A stretch of DNA of 63,694 nucleotides, counting the filler. It is 9 parts of 9 records of this genome, joined end to end, with 100 filler letters (N's around TTAATTAATTAA, not from the genome) between each part and the next. Parts side by side here need not be neighbours in the genome. Positions count along the whole stretch, not along the records: positions 19,674 to 28,082 come from SRR7504441_429; positions 28,183 to 31,244 come from SRR7504441_433; positions 31,345 to 35,046 come from SRR7504441_445; positions 35,147 to 43,974 come from SRR7504441_448; 5 more parts are not named here. The stretch is one strand, 5' to 3'. Position numbers and translations under genes: made by a program. Below the pieces are notes generated by a model. It ran no database searches. It worked only from the letters and a program-made list of their open reading frames with translations, and was not told the DNA's origin. Numbering within the stretch: position 1 is the first letter of the stretch; each line of letters starts with the position of its first letter. Shown piece by piece: positions 24,164 through 35,147 of this stretch.

Positions 24164-24850
24164 CTATTGGAGCAGGCATAGCTGCGCTGGTTGCGCCTCG
24201 TTGTGCGGCTCGCCCTTGGCATGCTCGCATCCCGGTGGCCTCTCTCCAGTGTACGCCGCACAGATCTGGCCCAGCAGAGCCGTCTGGTTTGTCCATAGCG
24301 CCAGCTTACCGTCGATGAACACCGTCGGCGTGCCTATAACGCCCGCCTTGGCCGCCGAAAGGAAGGAAGCCTGCAGCAGGAGCGCTGCGCCCTGCGACTG
24401 CGCGCACGCTTGCAGCTCTTGGTGCTGGGCCGGTGGAATCTGGAGCTTGGCGGCACACCGGGCGGTGACGTCCAGCTCGGCCAGTTCGTGCAAGTGGCAG
24501 TCGATCAGCCGCTTGACCGCCCAGCTGTCCAGACTGCTGTTGGCGTAGCACAGCTGATAGGCTTGCAGCCCACACTCGCGCCATCCGCCGTGCACGCACA
24601 CGGGGTACGAGTCGTTGTGCGTCAGCGGGTTGAGGTAAGAGGTGGCGAGCAAGCCGGTCGCAACCGGCTGGTAGTCGATGATTGGTTTCAGTCCGGGTTG
24701 GGCAATCACCCAGTCCAGCGCGGCGCTGAACGAGCCGCATTCCTGTCAGGTGGCCATGTAAAAGTCCCGGACCACCACCTTCTGGCCAGCGGCTGCGGCG
24801 TGCGCCGCTCCGGACGCGAGCAACAGCAGCGAGAGTCGAGAGAGGCGCAT
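24164..24850 (-). CDS. GILT-family (lysosomal thiol reductase, thioredoxin fold) selenoprotein, 228 aa, Sec at codon 35 (UxxC)
   Basis: ATG 24850 encodes a signal peptide (MRLSRLSLLLLASGAAHAAAA), then KVVVRDFYMAT-TGA-QEC (TGA at 24746-24748). The frame continues into the ORF carrying CVHGGWREC (GILT CxHGxxEC signature) and GTPTVFIDG. A SECIS lies 76 nt after the TAG. Confidence 0.85.
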
Positions 24851-24929
24851 CTGATGAGACGAGGCAGTTGGCCCGCTGTCCGTTATCGATTAAAAAAAAA
24901 CCTCCGGGAGTGCCGGGTGTCCGGGTCAC

Positions 24930-27594
24930 ATGGTCGATCCGGACGCGCCGCCGCATGCTTGCATCGAGGTGGCCGGCCCCGAGCCCGAAGCTGTCCCGCC
25001 GCCGGGCCGGACCGGTTGGCTGCGGCTCCTTCTGGGGGCCTCGCTCGTCGCCGTCGGGCTGATCGGGTGCTCCTCCCCGGTGCGGGCCGCTGCTGCTGAC
25101 GCCTACGGCCGGATCGGGCCGGGGCCGCTCAGCGCGGGCGACACGCCGGCCCGTCGGGAAGCAACGGACGAGGCCGGGTTTGTCGAGCAGCTGAAGCAGC
25201 AGTACGAGGGAGCCCGGGTGCGGCTGGAGATTGCGTCAGACGGAGACGCGCCGCTCGAGGCCTCGCGGGCTTACCGGTCGGTGAGGCGAGAGATCCGGAC
25301 GTTAACGGTCTCAGAGAGAGACGCGGTGTTCGCGGCCCTGAAAGTGATGAAGTCAGTGGGCACGGTAGAGGGGATCCGAAGATACGGGCCAGACTACCGG
25401 AACTACGATTATCTGATGCGTAAGCACGCCTCGTCCACGGGCGACAGCCAGTGCGACCAAGGGCACGGGGGCCCCGGGTTTCTCGGGATGCACTTGTCCA
25501 TTACACGTGAGCCGACCTGGCCAGCGGGTGCTTAGTTGCTGGGCAGGTGAGTTTGAGAGGTCGTTGATGAGCGTGGATGCGAGCATCACCGGGCTACCGT
25601 ACTGGAACTGGTTTATTGACCTAAAAGCGCACAGCGGGCTCGATCGCTCCACCCTGTGGCGGTACTTTGGAAGCCCGTACGGTGCTCGGGAGTTGGGCTG
25701 TGGCAGGTCAGATGAGCTGGGTGTGCAGGAGACCCGGATGACAACTACCAGATTTCGGGCGGACTGCTGGGGAGCTGGTGGAAGATAGCTAGCATTGATA
25801 ACTTCGCGCAGAGTCCCTGGATGGCCCGATCCATAGAGTTTGAAGCTGCCAGGACCGGTAAAACCGTCGAGAGAGTGCAGAAGGACAGTGCATTTATATT
25901 CAATGGCTATGGGTACATGCGAGGGCCGTGGAGCACCGCCGACGCGGAGCGAGTGGTCCGCAACCCGGGGAGGCTGATGGGGTCGCCTTTCAGCTTCACC
26001 ACCCCCTTGTCGGACATGACAGACTGTTTTTCTGAGCCTAAAGATTTTCACAGCTGGGACTCTTGTGTGAACCGACCTTTCAATGGAATGCACTTCATAC
26101 CGCAGTGACCATCTCTCATAGCAGGCAGGCCCTGACCCGTCTGCTGTGTGCAGTCTCATCATGGGCACGCACGGGGACCAAGACTTGCTTCCGGTGCTGT
26201 TCTGGCCAAAGTTAGCCGCGCTGCTGTTCCTCTCAGGCTATGCTCTTGTCGCTGCGGTTCGGCTGTTGTGGGCGGCTCTTGGAGGCTTCCACTCGGGCCA
26301 CTGGCTCTGGTCGCGTGCAATGGGGTGGGGACTGCTGATCGGGCTGGCGGTGGTGGCAGCCACTATGAGTGCAACCGCCCACTTTCACAACAACATCCTG
26401 TTTGGTGGCGTACCTTTTGCAACAATCCCAGCAGTAGCCGCCTCAGGAGTGATACTACCAGGTGAGTTTGATTCATTCAGTAGATTTGGTAGGGATCCGT
26501 TGCCCGCGTTAGCTAGGGTTGTGTGAGCTTTGAGGCTGATTGTTTGGGTTTCAGGGGAATTCTCCAAAGACCTGTTGAGCTGCCCCGAGCCAGGCACTTG
26601 CAAACGAGGCATCACCAAGCCCGAACAGTGCAGATGCAAATATGAAACTGGGTCGCTGGCTGGCTTGATTATGAGCGGTCATCCGTTTGGCTCGAATTCC
26701 GACTATTTTGATGCGACGACTTCTCCGAACGACCCAGTGTTTTTCTTCCAGCATGCGTTTTATGTTTCGAGCTATTTCGTGTGGGCGAACAGATTCGGGT
26801 ATCTTGGGAAGCAAAGGCCCTCTGCTGAGAACGACTTTGGCAATTATCCAACTGATCCATCCACTGGCGGATTCCTGGGAGCTTGCTACGGGCACAGGCT
26901 CTCTGAGGCTGTGAACCACAACTTCTGTTACACCAAGCACGATTTGGGTATACCAGACACACGCCCCGCGTGCTTCTCAGAAGGCGACAAGCAGACCAGA
27001 CTGGCTAGCTTCCCAGTGACCCACGGACAGTGCTGCAGCCATGCGGACGTGATGGGGTTCGTTCTCGACCCCGAAGACAAGCCAATCAGCTACGACATTG
27101 AGGTTGAGACTTACAGCTGGCACGCTGTTGAGCCGCGAGAGAGGTGTAGCGACGACTGTACTGCAGTTGTTCGTGGTGAGATGATTTGTGTGAAGAATCC
27201 GCTTTATGAGCAGGTGCCTGAAGAGCTTTGCACACACCGACCCAAGCCGGAGCCCCCTACCGAGCAATGCGTCTGTGCAACTGAGGCAATACGCGAACGA
27301 AACTTGGCCAGACATCGCGAGTTGGGGACGCCATCCGCTGTGGTAGCATGCAGTTGGATTGGTGCTGCTCTTCTTGTGATGACGCTGGCTGCTGCTGGTT
27401 GGTTGGCCATGAAAGCGCGATCACCGCTACCAGCGCAAGCAGCCGGGGCGAAGAAGCAGAAAACTCTAGTGGAACTGGCTAACAAGGAAGAGAGAGACCC
27501 GAGCGAATCTGAGAGGCTAATTGGCAAGCCAGACAAGGGCGCTGCAACAAGCGTGCGGCGGAGGTCAAGAGACGCCTCGAAAGATTACAAATGA
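24930..27594 (+). CDS. Membrane-bound tyrosinase/di-copper oxidase with TSP1-like module
   Basis: Introns 25507-25546, 25682-25728, 26105-26153 and 26462-26554. Motifs are VRREIRTLT..ER, CuA (KH...CDQGHGGPGFLGMH), LPYWNW and CuB (MHFIPH ... SPNDPVFFFQH). A Cys-rich YSW...CSDDC...C...C..KP..C module and a TM helix follow. Confidence 0.82.
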
Positions 27595-28082
27595 CCAACA
27601 AATAGGAGAGTCAATTACCAGCTGGCAGCCTTCAAATAGCCGTCGAATGTTAGTCGAATTGATGTACAGCAGTTGAATGTCATGCAATCATGCATTAATC
27701 GTCCCTAGCATCGGCCCTGCCTTCGCCATCCGGGTCCGCTGCAGTCCCATTCCACCCTCCTCGCCTCTCGGCCGGGTTGAGGATGCCTAGCCTAGCAGAA
27801 GGCACGCTTAGCCGAATAGTTTGAATGACGTTGAGTCTGTTTCAAAATTACAGTATACTTACGTTTATTGGAATTGTGAATTAACAAAGTTTTCGTTGCG
27901 GTCACCAATCCGCGCCGTTACCTCGCCGTATCCTCGCCGGCGGCCGGCCAAACGTGGCTCCCGTGGCTCCTTGGGATGAGACTAACTTGGAACTATTTGC
28001 AGCATGAATTTCGGGGCGTAAGTTGTTCTTCAATATCCATCGCACGCAGGGTTCCCATCGTTGTAATTGAATTTTTCTTGGC

Positions 28083-28182
28083 NNNNNNNNNNNNNNNNNN
28101 NNNNNNNNNNNNNNNNNNNNNNNNNNTTAATTAATTAANNNNNNNNNNNNNNNNNNNNNNNNNNNNNNNNNNNNNNNNNNNN
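28083..28182. other. Artificial contig spacer
   Basis: N44-TTAATTAATTAA-N44. Confidence 0.98.
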
Positions 28183-28214
28183 CCCCCCCAGTACGTTGTA
28201 TTGAACTTCGGAGG

Positions 28215-31164
28215 ATGGCCGACTTCGAGGCGGATATCCTGGCGATGATGGGCGACCATTCCCCATCCCCGGATTCGCGATCCGCCTCGCTCTCCGACCT
28301 GAACGACTCGCTGGACCCCCGGCCGGCCAACCCAGACGCCAACCCGCGTCTCCGCCGCTCCCTTCCCGCCGCTCCTCAAGAGAGCGCGCCTCAGCTACCC
28401 ACGGGCTTCATCGGCCGCCGCGGAATGAAACATGCCGTTCAGGCGGCTGCTAACTCCCCGTCTTCGTCAAAGAGCCCAGCGTTGAGCTCCCCTGTAGCGC
28501 TCCCGGCCACCACGCCGACTGCGGCCTCACCTGGCTACTCTGACTCCTTTGAGATGGACGAAGGCTCTCCGTCCAGGCCGTGGGCCCAGATCCCAGTGCC
28601 GTTACTTAACTCACCACCAAACTCGTGCTCGCGCTGGAGCAAGCAGAGTCCCGAGGCCGCACCCAGCTCGCCTGGTGCCCGCTCGCCCTCTCGCTGGGGC
28701 CAGGCCGCCCCAAGCGCCGGTCCGGCCGCTGCTGCACCTGCTCCTGCTCTGACCGTCAGTGCGAGCCCTGTGGCCGACGTGCCCACCAGCAGCACTACGC
28801 CGACCAGCCCGTCCGAACCGAGCGGTACGGCCCGGGCCAGCAGTGAACCGGTCGTAGGCCTGCGCACCCGTCGGAGGCCGCCTAAGATGGCCGAGCAGGC
28901 AGCATTGGAGCTCCAGGCAACCACCAATGCTCCATTTGCTGTGGCCCAACGCAAACTGGAGGAGGACCGTAGGAGTGCCGCAGAGGATATTGCAGCCCAG
29001 ACCCACCGGCTCGATGCGGTGCAGCTGGATGCAGCTAAGCCAGCGGCTGACCAGCCACCTGCTAATCAGTCAGTTTCAGCTGAAGCGGTGGCCAGCAGTG
29101 AGAGGATCGTGCAGGCAGACAGGGCAGCAGCCGAGGAAGTGCAGGCCCAACCCGACCCGGTGAAGGTGCGGCCAGACACAGTACACATTGAGATTACAGT
29201 GGCCCAGCTCAGGGCCCAGCTCACCGCCGCAGAGGCGCGCAGTCAGACGTTGGATGCCGAGTTCCAGGTGTGTCGGCGGTTGAGAGCGCTGAGTCCGGTG
29301 CAGGCGGAGCAGGCTGCGCACAAGCAGACCAAGGAGGCGCTGCAGGCGGCCTCCATCGAGCTCGCCGCGGCGCGGGCCCAGATAACGGGGATGCAGCTCG
29401 AGCTGTCCAGTGTGAAAGATAGTGCTGCCCGGAGCAGCGGAATTATTGCAATGATGCGCGAGACGCATACAGAGCTGCTAGCCGCTCAAAAGTCTCTGTA
29501 CAAGGTGAGATTTGGTGTGAAAGCTTGCGAGCTGAGCTGGGGGTTCAGGGGGGTGTGCCCAGCAAGAGCACAGAGGCAATGGAGCAGCTGGTGGGGCTGG
29601 TGGAGCAATCAGCAGTGCCTGATCCTATCTTGATAGCGGCTGACTGGGGACAGACCAACCTGGACCGACTCCGGTTGCAAGTGGAGAGTGGCAGAGAGAG
29701 GAGCCTGAATGCCAGGGAAGCAATGGTACTTGAGAGGGAAACTGCTGTGGCCAGCCGTGAACAACGGACTCAGGATGCCGAAGCCGGGGCTGAACAAGAC
29801 CGGCGCGAGGCGAGGGAGCTGGTCGAGCTGCTCAAGAAGCAGTCCTTTAAAGCCGCGGCTGAGTGCGCGCAGGGCGGGCAGCAGTTGAGCCGACAGCTTG
29901 AGAGCTTAACCAGCCGGCTTGACGCATGTGGCGAGCTGCAGAGTCAGGAGGCTGAGCGGCATCAGGAGCTGCACCAGAAGAGGGAAGCGGCTTTGATCGC
30001 TGCTACGGGGCGGTGTGAGGTGCAGATGGACGAACTAAATAGGAGGGAGGCAACCCTGTCCAAGGAGAAGAAGCTATGGGCCGACCAATATTCCAGGGAA
30101 ATTAAGGAGCTGGAGGAAGTACGAATGGAGGTAGCAAGCATGCTTGTGTCGCGCTCAATAGCTGCTGGCAGTCGATAAAAGTTAAGGAGGAGGCTGAGGC
30201 CAAAAAGCACGCAGTCGATCGGGAGCTTGCGGCATTGCAGCGTAAACACCAGCAGCTGGCTGACATCGAGGAGGAGCGCGCTGCACTTCAAGTCAAGGCG
30301 AAATCTGTTGTCTGAAAGATGCGCTCATTGACGGTTTCAGTACAGGTTGACGCGGTTACTTCGCTCGGACAAGCAATTGTGCTCCAATCAGAACAGCTCA
30401 AGCAGGATAAACACGAGGCATTCCATCGGCAAAAGCAAGCCGAGGAAAGCATCAAACAGAGCCAGTACAAAATCAGCCAACTCGAGGCCGAGACTGTGGC
30501 GGCCAAAACCAAGAAGGCCAACGCTGAGAAGCTGCTTGCTGCCTCTGAGAGTGAGCGAGATTTATTAAGGCGAGAACGGGTCCAGCTGAACGAGGAGCAG
30601 CTAGAAATCGCTCACCAGAAGGAGAACTCACGGAGGTGCCCCCGGCTCGGACAGCTGGAGGTGCCCACAAGTCCCACCCAGATTGTCACTTTGCCGTCCC
30701 CAAGTTTCCTCGCAAGGAAGCCAGTGGCCGCTGTTAGACCGATTCCTGAAATATTGCCGGAACCCTCAAAACATAGCAGCCAGGTGGCTTGGGCTTGGGA
30801 TACCACACAGAATGAGCTGAAAATGGCAGGTTCAAATGCAGCTCAGCAAACTCAAGCAGGAGCAGCGCAAAAGCCGAGTACGCCCCCACCGCGGTCTGCC
30901 CTGACAGCTTCTTGAATCACAGATTGATATTGCAACTCAGAGCTCTGTCTTGGCCCAACTGGAAGCCAACGTCCTGGCTTTGGCACCGCTCGCTATACCT
31001 GATACAGAAAGCCACCCGGTATCACATAGTAGCAGCTCCTGTCGCTGGCCCTGATCATGCACCATGTATAGGATGGGTTCAGCTCATTTGCATCTCTTGT
31101 GCCTGTTTCGGGACTAGCTTCGGGACTTCTTGACGTGACCAATGTACGTACGTCCAAGGGATAG
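28215..31164 (+). CDS. Long coiled-coil protein with Pro/Ser-rich N-terminus; FBF1 (basal-body transition fibre)-like
   Basis: Several short introns join the coiled-coil ORFs. MEQLVGLVEQSA-TNLDRLRLQVESGRERSLNAREAMVLERE and ..EEERAALQ..VDAVTSLGQAI resemble the recalled FBF1 coiled coil. The 3' exon structure is approximate. Confidence 0.45.
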
Positions 31165-31244
31165 CTCTATGCCCCACATGTAGTACATATGTAGACGACA
31201 TTTCAAAGGGATATTGGAAGAGCGCGTTGAAATGAGCCTGTGCG

Positions 31245-31344
31245 NNNNNNNNNNNNNNNNNNNNNNNNNNNNNNNNNNNNNNNNNNNNTTAATTAATTAA
31301 NNNNNNNNNNNNNNNNNNNNNNNNNNNNNNNNNNNNNNNNNNNN
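31245..31344. other. Artificial contig spacer
   Basis: N44-TTAATTAATTAA-N44. Confidence 0.98.
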
Positions 31345-31875
31345 GGGCTCCGGCTCCGGCTCTGGCTCCAGCTCCGGCTCCAGCTCCGGCTCGGGCTCTG
31401 GGTCAACTTCAGCCAAATCAGCGGGCTCCTCCATCGGTTCGTCTGGAGCCCCGTCATCCGCCGAATCGAACGAGTCTATTTCTGGATCGGGGGAGCACTG
31501 GTCCTCGAACGCCTCCTCCTCCTGTGGCTCATCCGCCTCCTCGCTGCACCAGGGGCTCACAGACTCCCGAGGGCTGACCCAGCGCACCTAGGCTCTTCGA
31601 ATACAGACGGGTCGATCACCTCGCACTTCTTACCGCAGTCGCCACACCTGTGCCCCCCAAGATCACACGCTGCGACCCGCTAGCTACCTGATTCCATCCG
31701 AAGAGGTGATGAAAACTCCGCCGCCGTCCTCGCAGAAGGCGCAGCGAACCCCTTGTATTTCGTCGACGTCGACCACGGTCGACATGCTTGACGGCAGTTC
31801 CTCTTCCTTGGTTCGCGGGTCTGCGAGATCGCGCAGCACGTTGTTGGTTTGGTCGGCGAGCGGATGCAAGGCCAT
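31345..31875 (-). CDS. Hypothetical protein with CxxC...CxxC zinc ribbon and acidic (EP)n region (3' truncated)
   Basis: Two short introns link MALHPL...RCAFCEDGGG..IRCGDCGK to an acidic exon ending in PEPEPELEPELEPEPEPEP. It is divergent from ASS, 85 bp apart. Confidence 0.5.
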
Positions 31876-31960
31876 TAGCCAATCGGCATCTGACACTTGT
31901 GTACGAATCCACAAATTTACGAAATAACGGAAATTGATCCGGGAGTCCACGTGGGTGCCA

Positions 31961-33581
31961 ATGTTGCGAGGCGCTGTGGCTCGTGTGGCTGCCCGATCGG
32001 GCCTGGGTAGGCCCGCGCGGACGGCCGGATACGCCACGCAGGAGAAGTCCACTGGCTTCAACAAAGTCTCGTTCCGGGAGCCGGACCCGTCCAAGCCCAA
32101 GCTGGTGTTGGCCTACTCGGGCGGGCTGGACACCTCCACCCAGCTGGCCTACCTCACGCAGGAGAAGGGGTTCGAAGTGTGCGCCTACATCGCCGACCTC
32201 GGACAGGACGACCTGGCCGACCAGGCCGCCAAGGATCACGTGCGCGACAAGGCGCAGGAGTCTGGAGCGTACGCGTACTACTGCGAGGATATGCGGCGCG
32301 AGTTCGTCACAGACTTCGTGTTCGAGATCCTGCGGGCGCAGGCGGTGTACGAGGGGCGATACCTGCTCGGGACCAGCGTGGCCCGGCCGTGCATCGGCAA
32401 GCGGCAGGTTGAGGTCTGCTGGAACGAGGGGGCCACCCACATCTCGCACGGCAGCACCGGCAAAGGGAACGACCAGGTGCGGTTCGAGATGTGCTATCTC
32501 GGGATGGACCCCAAGCTGCAGTGCGTCACGCTCTGGCGCGACCCGGTCTACTGCGAAAAGTTCCCCGGAAGGCAGCAGCTGCTCGAGTATGCGACTTCAC
32601 ACGGCATCCACGTGACGGTGACCAGCTAACCGGTCCAGCGCCAGCGGGCCACAGGCCACCAAGAAGCACTCGTACTCGGAGGACGAGAACATGATGCACA
32701 TATCGTACGAGTCCGGTGCCAGGCTGGGCGGGCCGGGCTGTGAGCATGGACAGGCGAGCTGGAGGACCCGGCCTTCCCGGGGCACGAGCACGAATACCCG
32801 GGGCTAGTGCTCAAGAAGAAGTCAGTAGACATCCAGGACGCCCCGGACACCCCGGCCAACCTCACAATCGGCTTCGAGCGAGGCGCTGCTTGCCGGCTGC
32901 TCCTGTGACTGGAGGGCAGGCACGCCGTGCTATGTCAAGAACGTGGACGACGGCACCGAGATCACCGACCCGCTCGAGCTGTACCTCTACCTCAACAAAG
33001 TGGGGGGCGAGCACGGGGTCGGCCGCATCGACATCGTGGAGAACCGATTTGTCGGGATGAAGTCGCGAGGATGCTACGAGACGCCGGCCGGCACAATCCT
33101 GTGCGACTGTAGGCGACTGGTGGTTGAGGGGTGGGCAGGTACGCGGCCAAACTGGACCTGGAGCTGCTCACGATGGACCGGGAGGTGATGCGGATCCGGG
33201 ACCAACTCGGGCTCAAGTATGCTGAGCTGGTGTACAACGGGTACTGGTACTCACCCGAGTGGCACTTCCTCAAGCAAGCCATGGAGAACGCGCAAGAGCA
33301 CGTCACCGGCGAGGCTTACGTTAGGCTGCACAAGGCGAATGTGCCAGCGCCCAAAGGCCCGAGCTGAGGAGCCGGCAGGTGCTCAACCGAGGGCGGTACT
33401 CTGGGGCACAATCGCTGTATAACGAGGATTTAGTCTCGATGGACATGTTGGGAGGGTTTGACCCGACGATGAGCACAGGTGACCACCGGCTGCAATCGGC
33501 CGGAGCCGGCGGGCAGGGTTCATCAACACGCTTGCGACCCGGATCAAGGCCAGCAAGGCGCGGGATGCCAAGCTCAAATGA
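31961..33581 (+). CDS. ASS1: Argininosuccinate synthase with Arg-rich N-terminal presequence
   Basis: Introns 32618-32654, 32716-32753, 32883-32919 (GC-AG), 33101-33138, 33341-33378 and 33479-33516. Motifs are [51 protein letters not shown] and [22 protein letters not shown]. Confidence 0.96.
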
Positions 33582-33850
33582 AAAGATCGTACTGAACGTG
33601 TCCAATTTCAGCTGGTGGTGGCTTTACCGTATAAATGTACTGGTAATGAACTATTGCCGGATCAGTTTATAAAGGAGTACTAATTAATCTAGTACTAGTC
33701 ACTTTGACCGGCCTACTAGGCCTGTACCAAGATTCATTGAACATAAGATCTGATAGGAGCGTGGGACCGTCCTAGCGCGAAACTAGCAGTTCGGCCTCGG
33801 GCCTCATGATAGCGCAAACTATCAACGATCAACTTGGCATACGAGTACTA

Positions 33851-34926
33851 TCAATCATCTTCCCTGCGATCGTCAGGATCCTTGGGCTCGATGTCCTCTC
33901 CCCACCTGAGAGATGGTGAGAGCGGCACTGCGCTTTGGTTCACTGAATGGCCGCGTCTACTTGGGCCAGCACCAGCCGGACCGAGTCCTCGTCCATCGGA
34001 TCGAGCGGCACGTAGCACACCTGCACTGCTTGGGCCCCAGCCCACCCGGCCGCACCATGCTCCACTGCCGCATCATCTGGATCAGCGCCCCGTTCAGTCT
34101 GGCCTGCACCTGGGCTGGCTGGCTGGCCGGCTGGGTTGGCACCCAGGGGTGGTCTGGCGCGGCCGCTGTCTCGGTCGCCAGCTCGTGCAGGAACCGCTCC
34201 AGGTTGGGCTCCAGGTAGTCGTCCAAGTGGGCCCGCCGCTCGCCCAACAGGTCGCACTTGGTGAGCACGTTGATGTGTGGCAGCTGCCCGCGGCTGGCTG
34301 CAGCCTCCGGCGAGCCGGGCACCTCCAGGCCGACCATGCACGAGAGCGCTGATAGCGTGCCGGACAGGAACTTGGCGTTGTCTGCTATGAACTGCGAGTC
34401 GAGCAGGTAGACCCCGCACAGCCGGATGCCCCAGCCGTTGATGGCCAGCGCCAGCCGCCGCATCACCGGCACGTGCCCATAAAGCTCTATCTGACCGGCC
34501 GGCTCACCGGGGGCTGGGCTGGGTGCACAGACCTGCCCGGGGCAATCGAACAGCAGATAGCTGTCCTGGTATTGGGACAGCTCCTCCTCTAGCCAGTCCA
34601 GATTCTCGAGCAAGTGCCTGTCCGGGCGTCCGCCCTCGCCTGGGCCGGGCCGCACTCCATCGCGAAGATCAGCCCGCCGTTCGGCCCGAGCTTGAGCTCG
34701 TCCATCACGTCCTCCAGCGTGATCAGGTCGCGGATGTCAATCGCCACTGCCAGCCGTCTGGGCGTCTCCGGGCCCGGGGCGCACCGTTATAGTCGAAGTG
34801 CTCGGCGGCCGGGTCCAGGTTCACCACGTGGATGCTCCGCCCGACCGCTTGGCCGTGCTTCTGCATCGCCTCGCAGTACGTGGACTTGCCGCTCCCGGCG
34901 GGACCCATCACTATCTGCCCGTGCAT
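33851..34926 (-). CDS. GPN3: GPN-loop GTPase 3 (7 introns)
   Basis: Motifs [71 protein letters not shown] and IQWGED. Introns include 34491-34532, 34284-34322, 34104-34142 and 34021-34055. Confidence 0.92.
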
Positions 34927-35046
34927 GCCCGAACACCACTCGCCCTCCGAGTCACGCTCTCAGGCCTTGGTCACCCGTGCCCGCCGAGCCACGTTCCCGC
35001 GGCTCATTTCTACAGCTACAGGCTGGGCCAACGTAAAAACCGACTT

Positions 35047-35146
35047 NNNNNNNNNNNNNNNNNNNNNNNNNNNNNNNNNNNNNNNNNNNNTTAATTAATT
35101 AANNNNNNNNNNNNNNNNNNNNNNNNNNNNNNNNNNNNNNNNNNNN
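35047..35146. other. Artificial contig spacer
   Basis: N44-TTAATTAATTAA-N44. Confidence 0.98.
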
Positions 35147-35147
35147 A

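Noticed and set aside
24746-24748. UGA-to-Trp/Cys genetic code reassignment, or a pseudogene
   Set aside because: TGA ends conserved proteins at the expected positions (CUL4, ASS, GPN3) and Trp uses TGG. The position in UxxC plus the SECIS explains this single case.
27600-28082. Possible snRNA (ATACTTAC at about 27855; Sm-like AATTTTTCTTGG at the contig end)
   Set aside because: The matches are too short, and no U1/U2/U4/U5 structure or conserved downstream sequence could be supported.
13790-33516. Tiny introns as an Introner-like transposon family (short junction repeats such as ATGCAG at 17265/17305 or GGCTGCAG at 14636-14651)
   Set aside because: The introns share no sequence beyond composition and have no consistent terminal inverted repeats. 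The junction repeats are explained by ordinary AG|GT proto-splice similarity.
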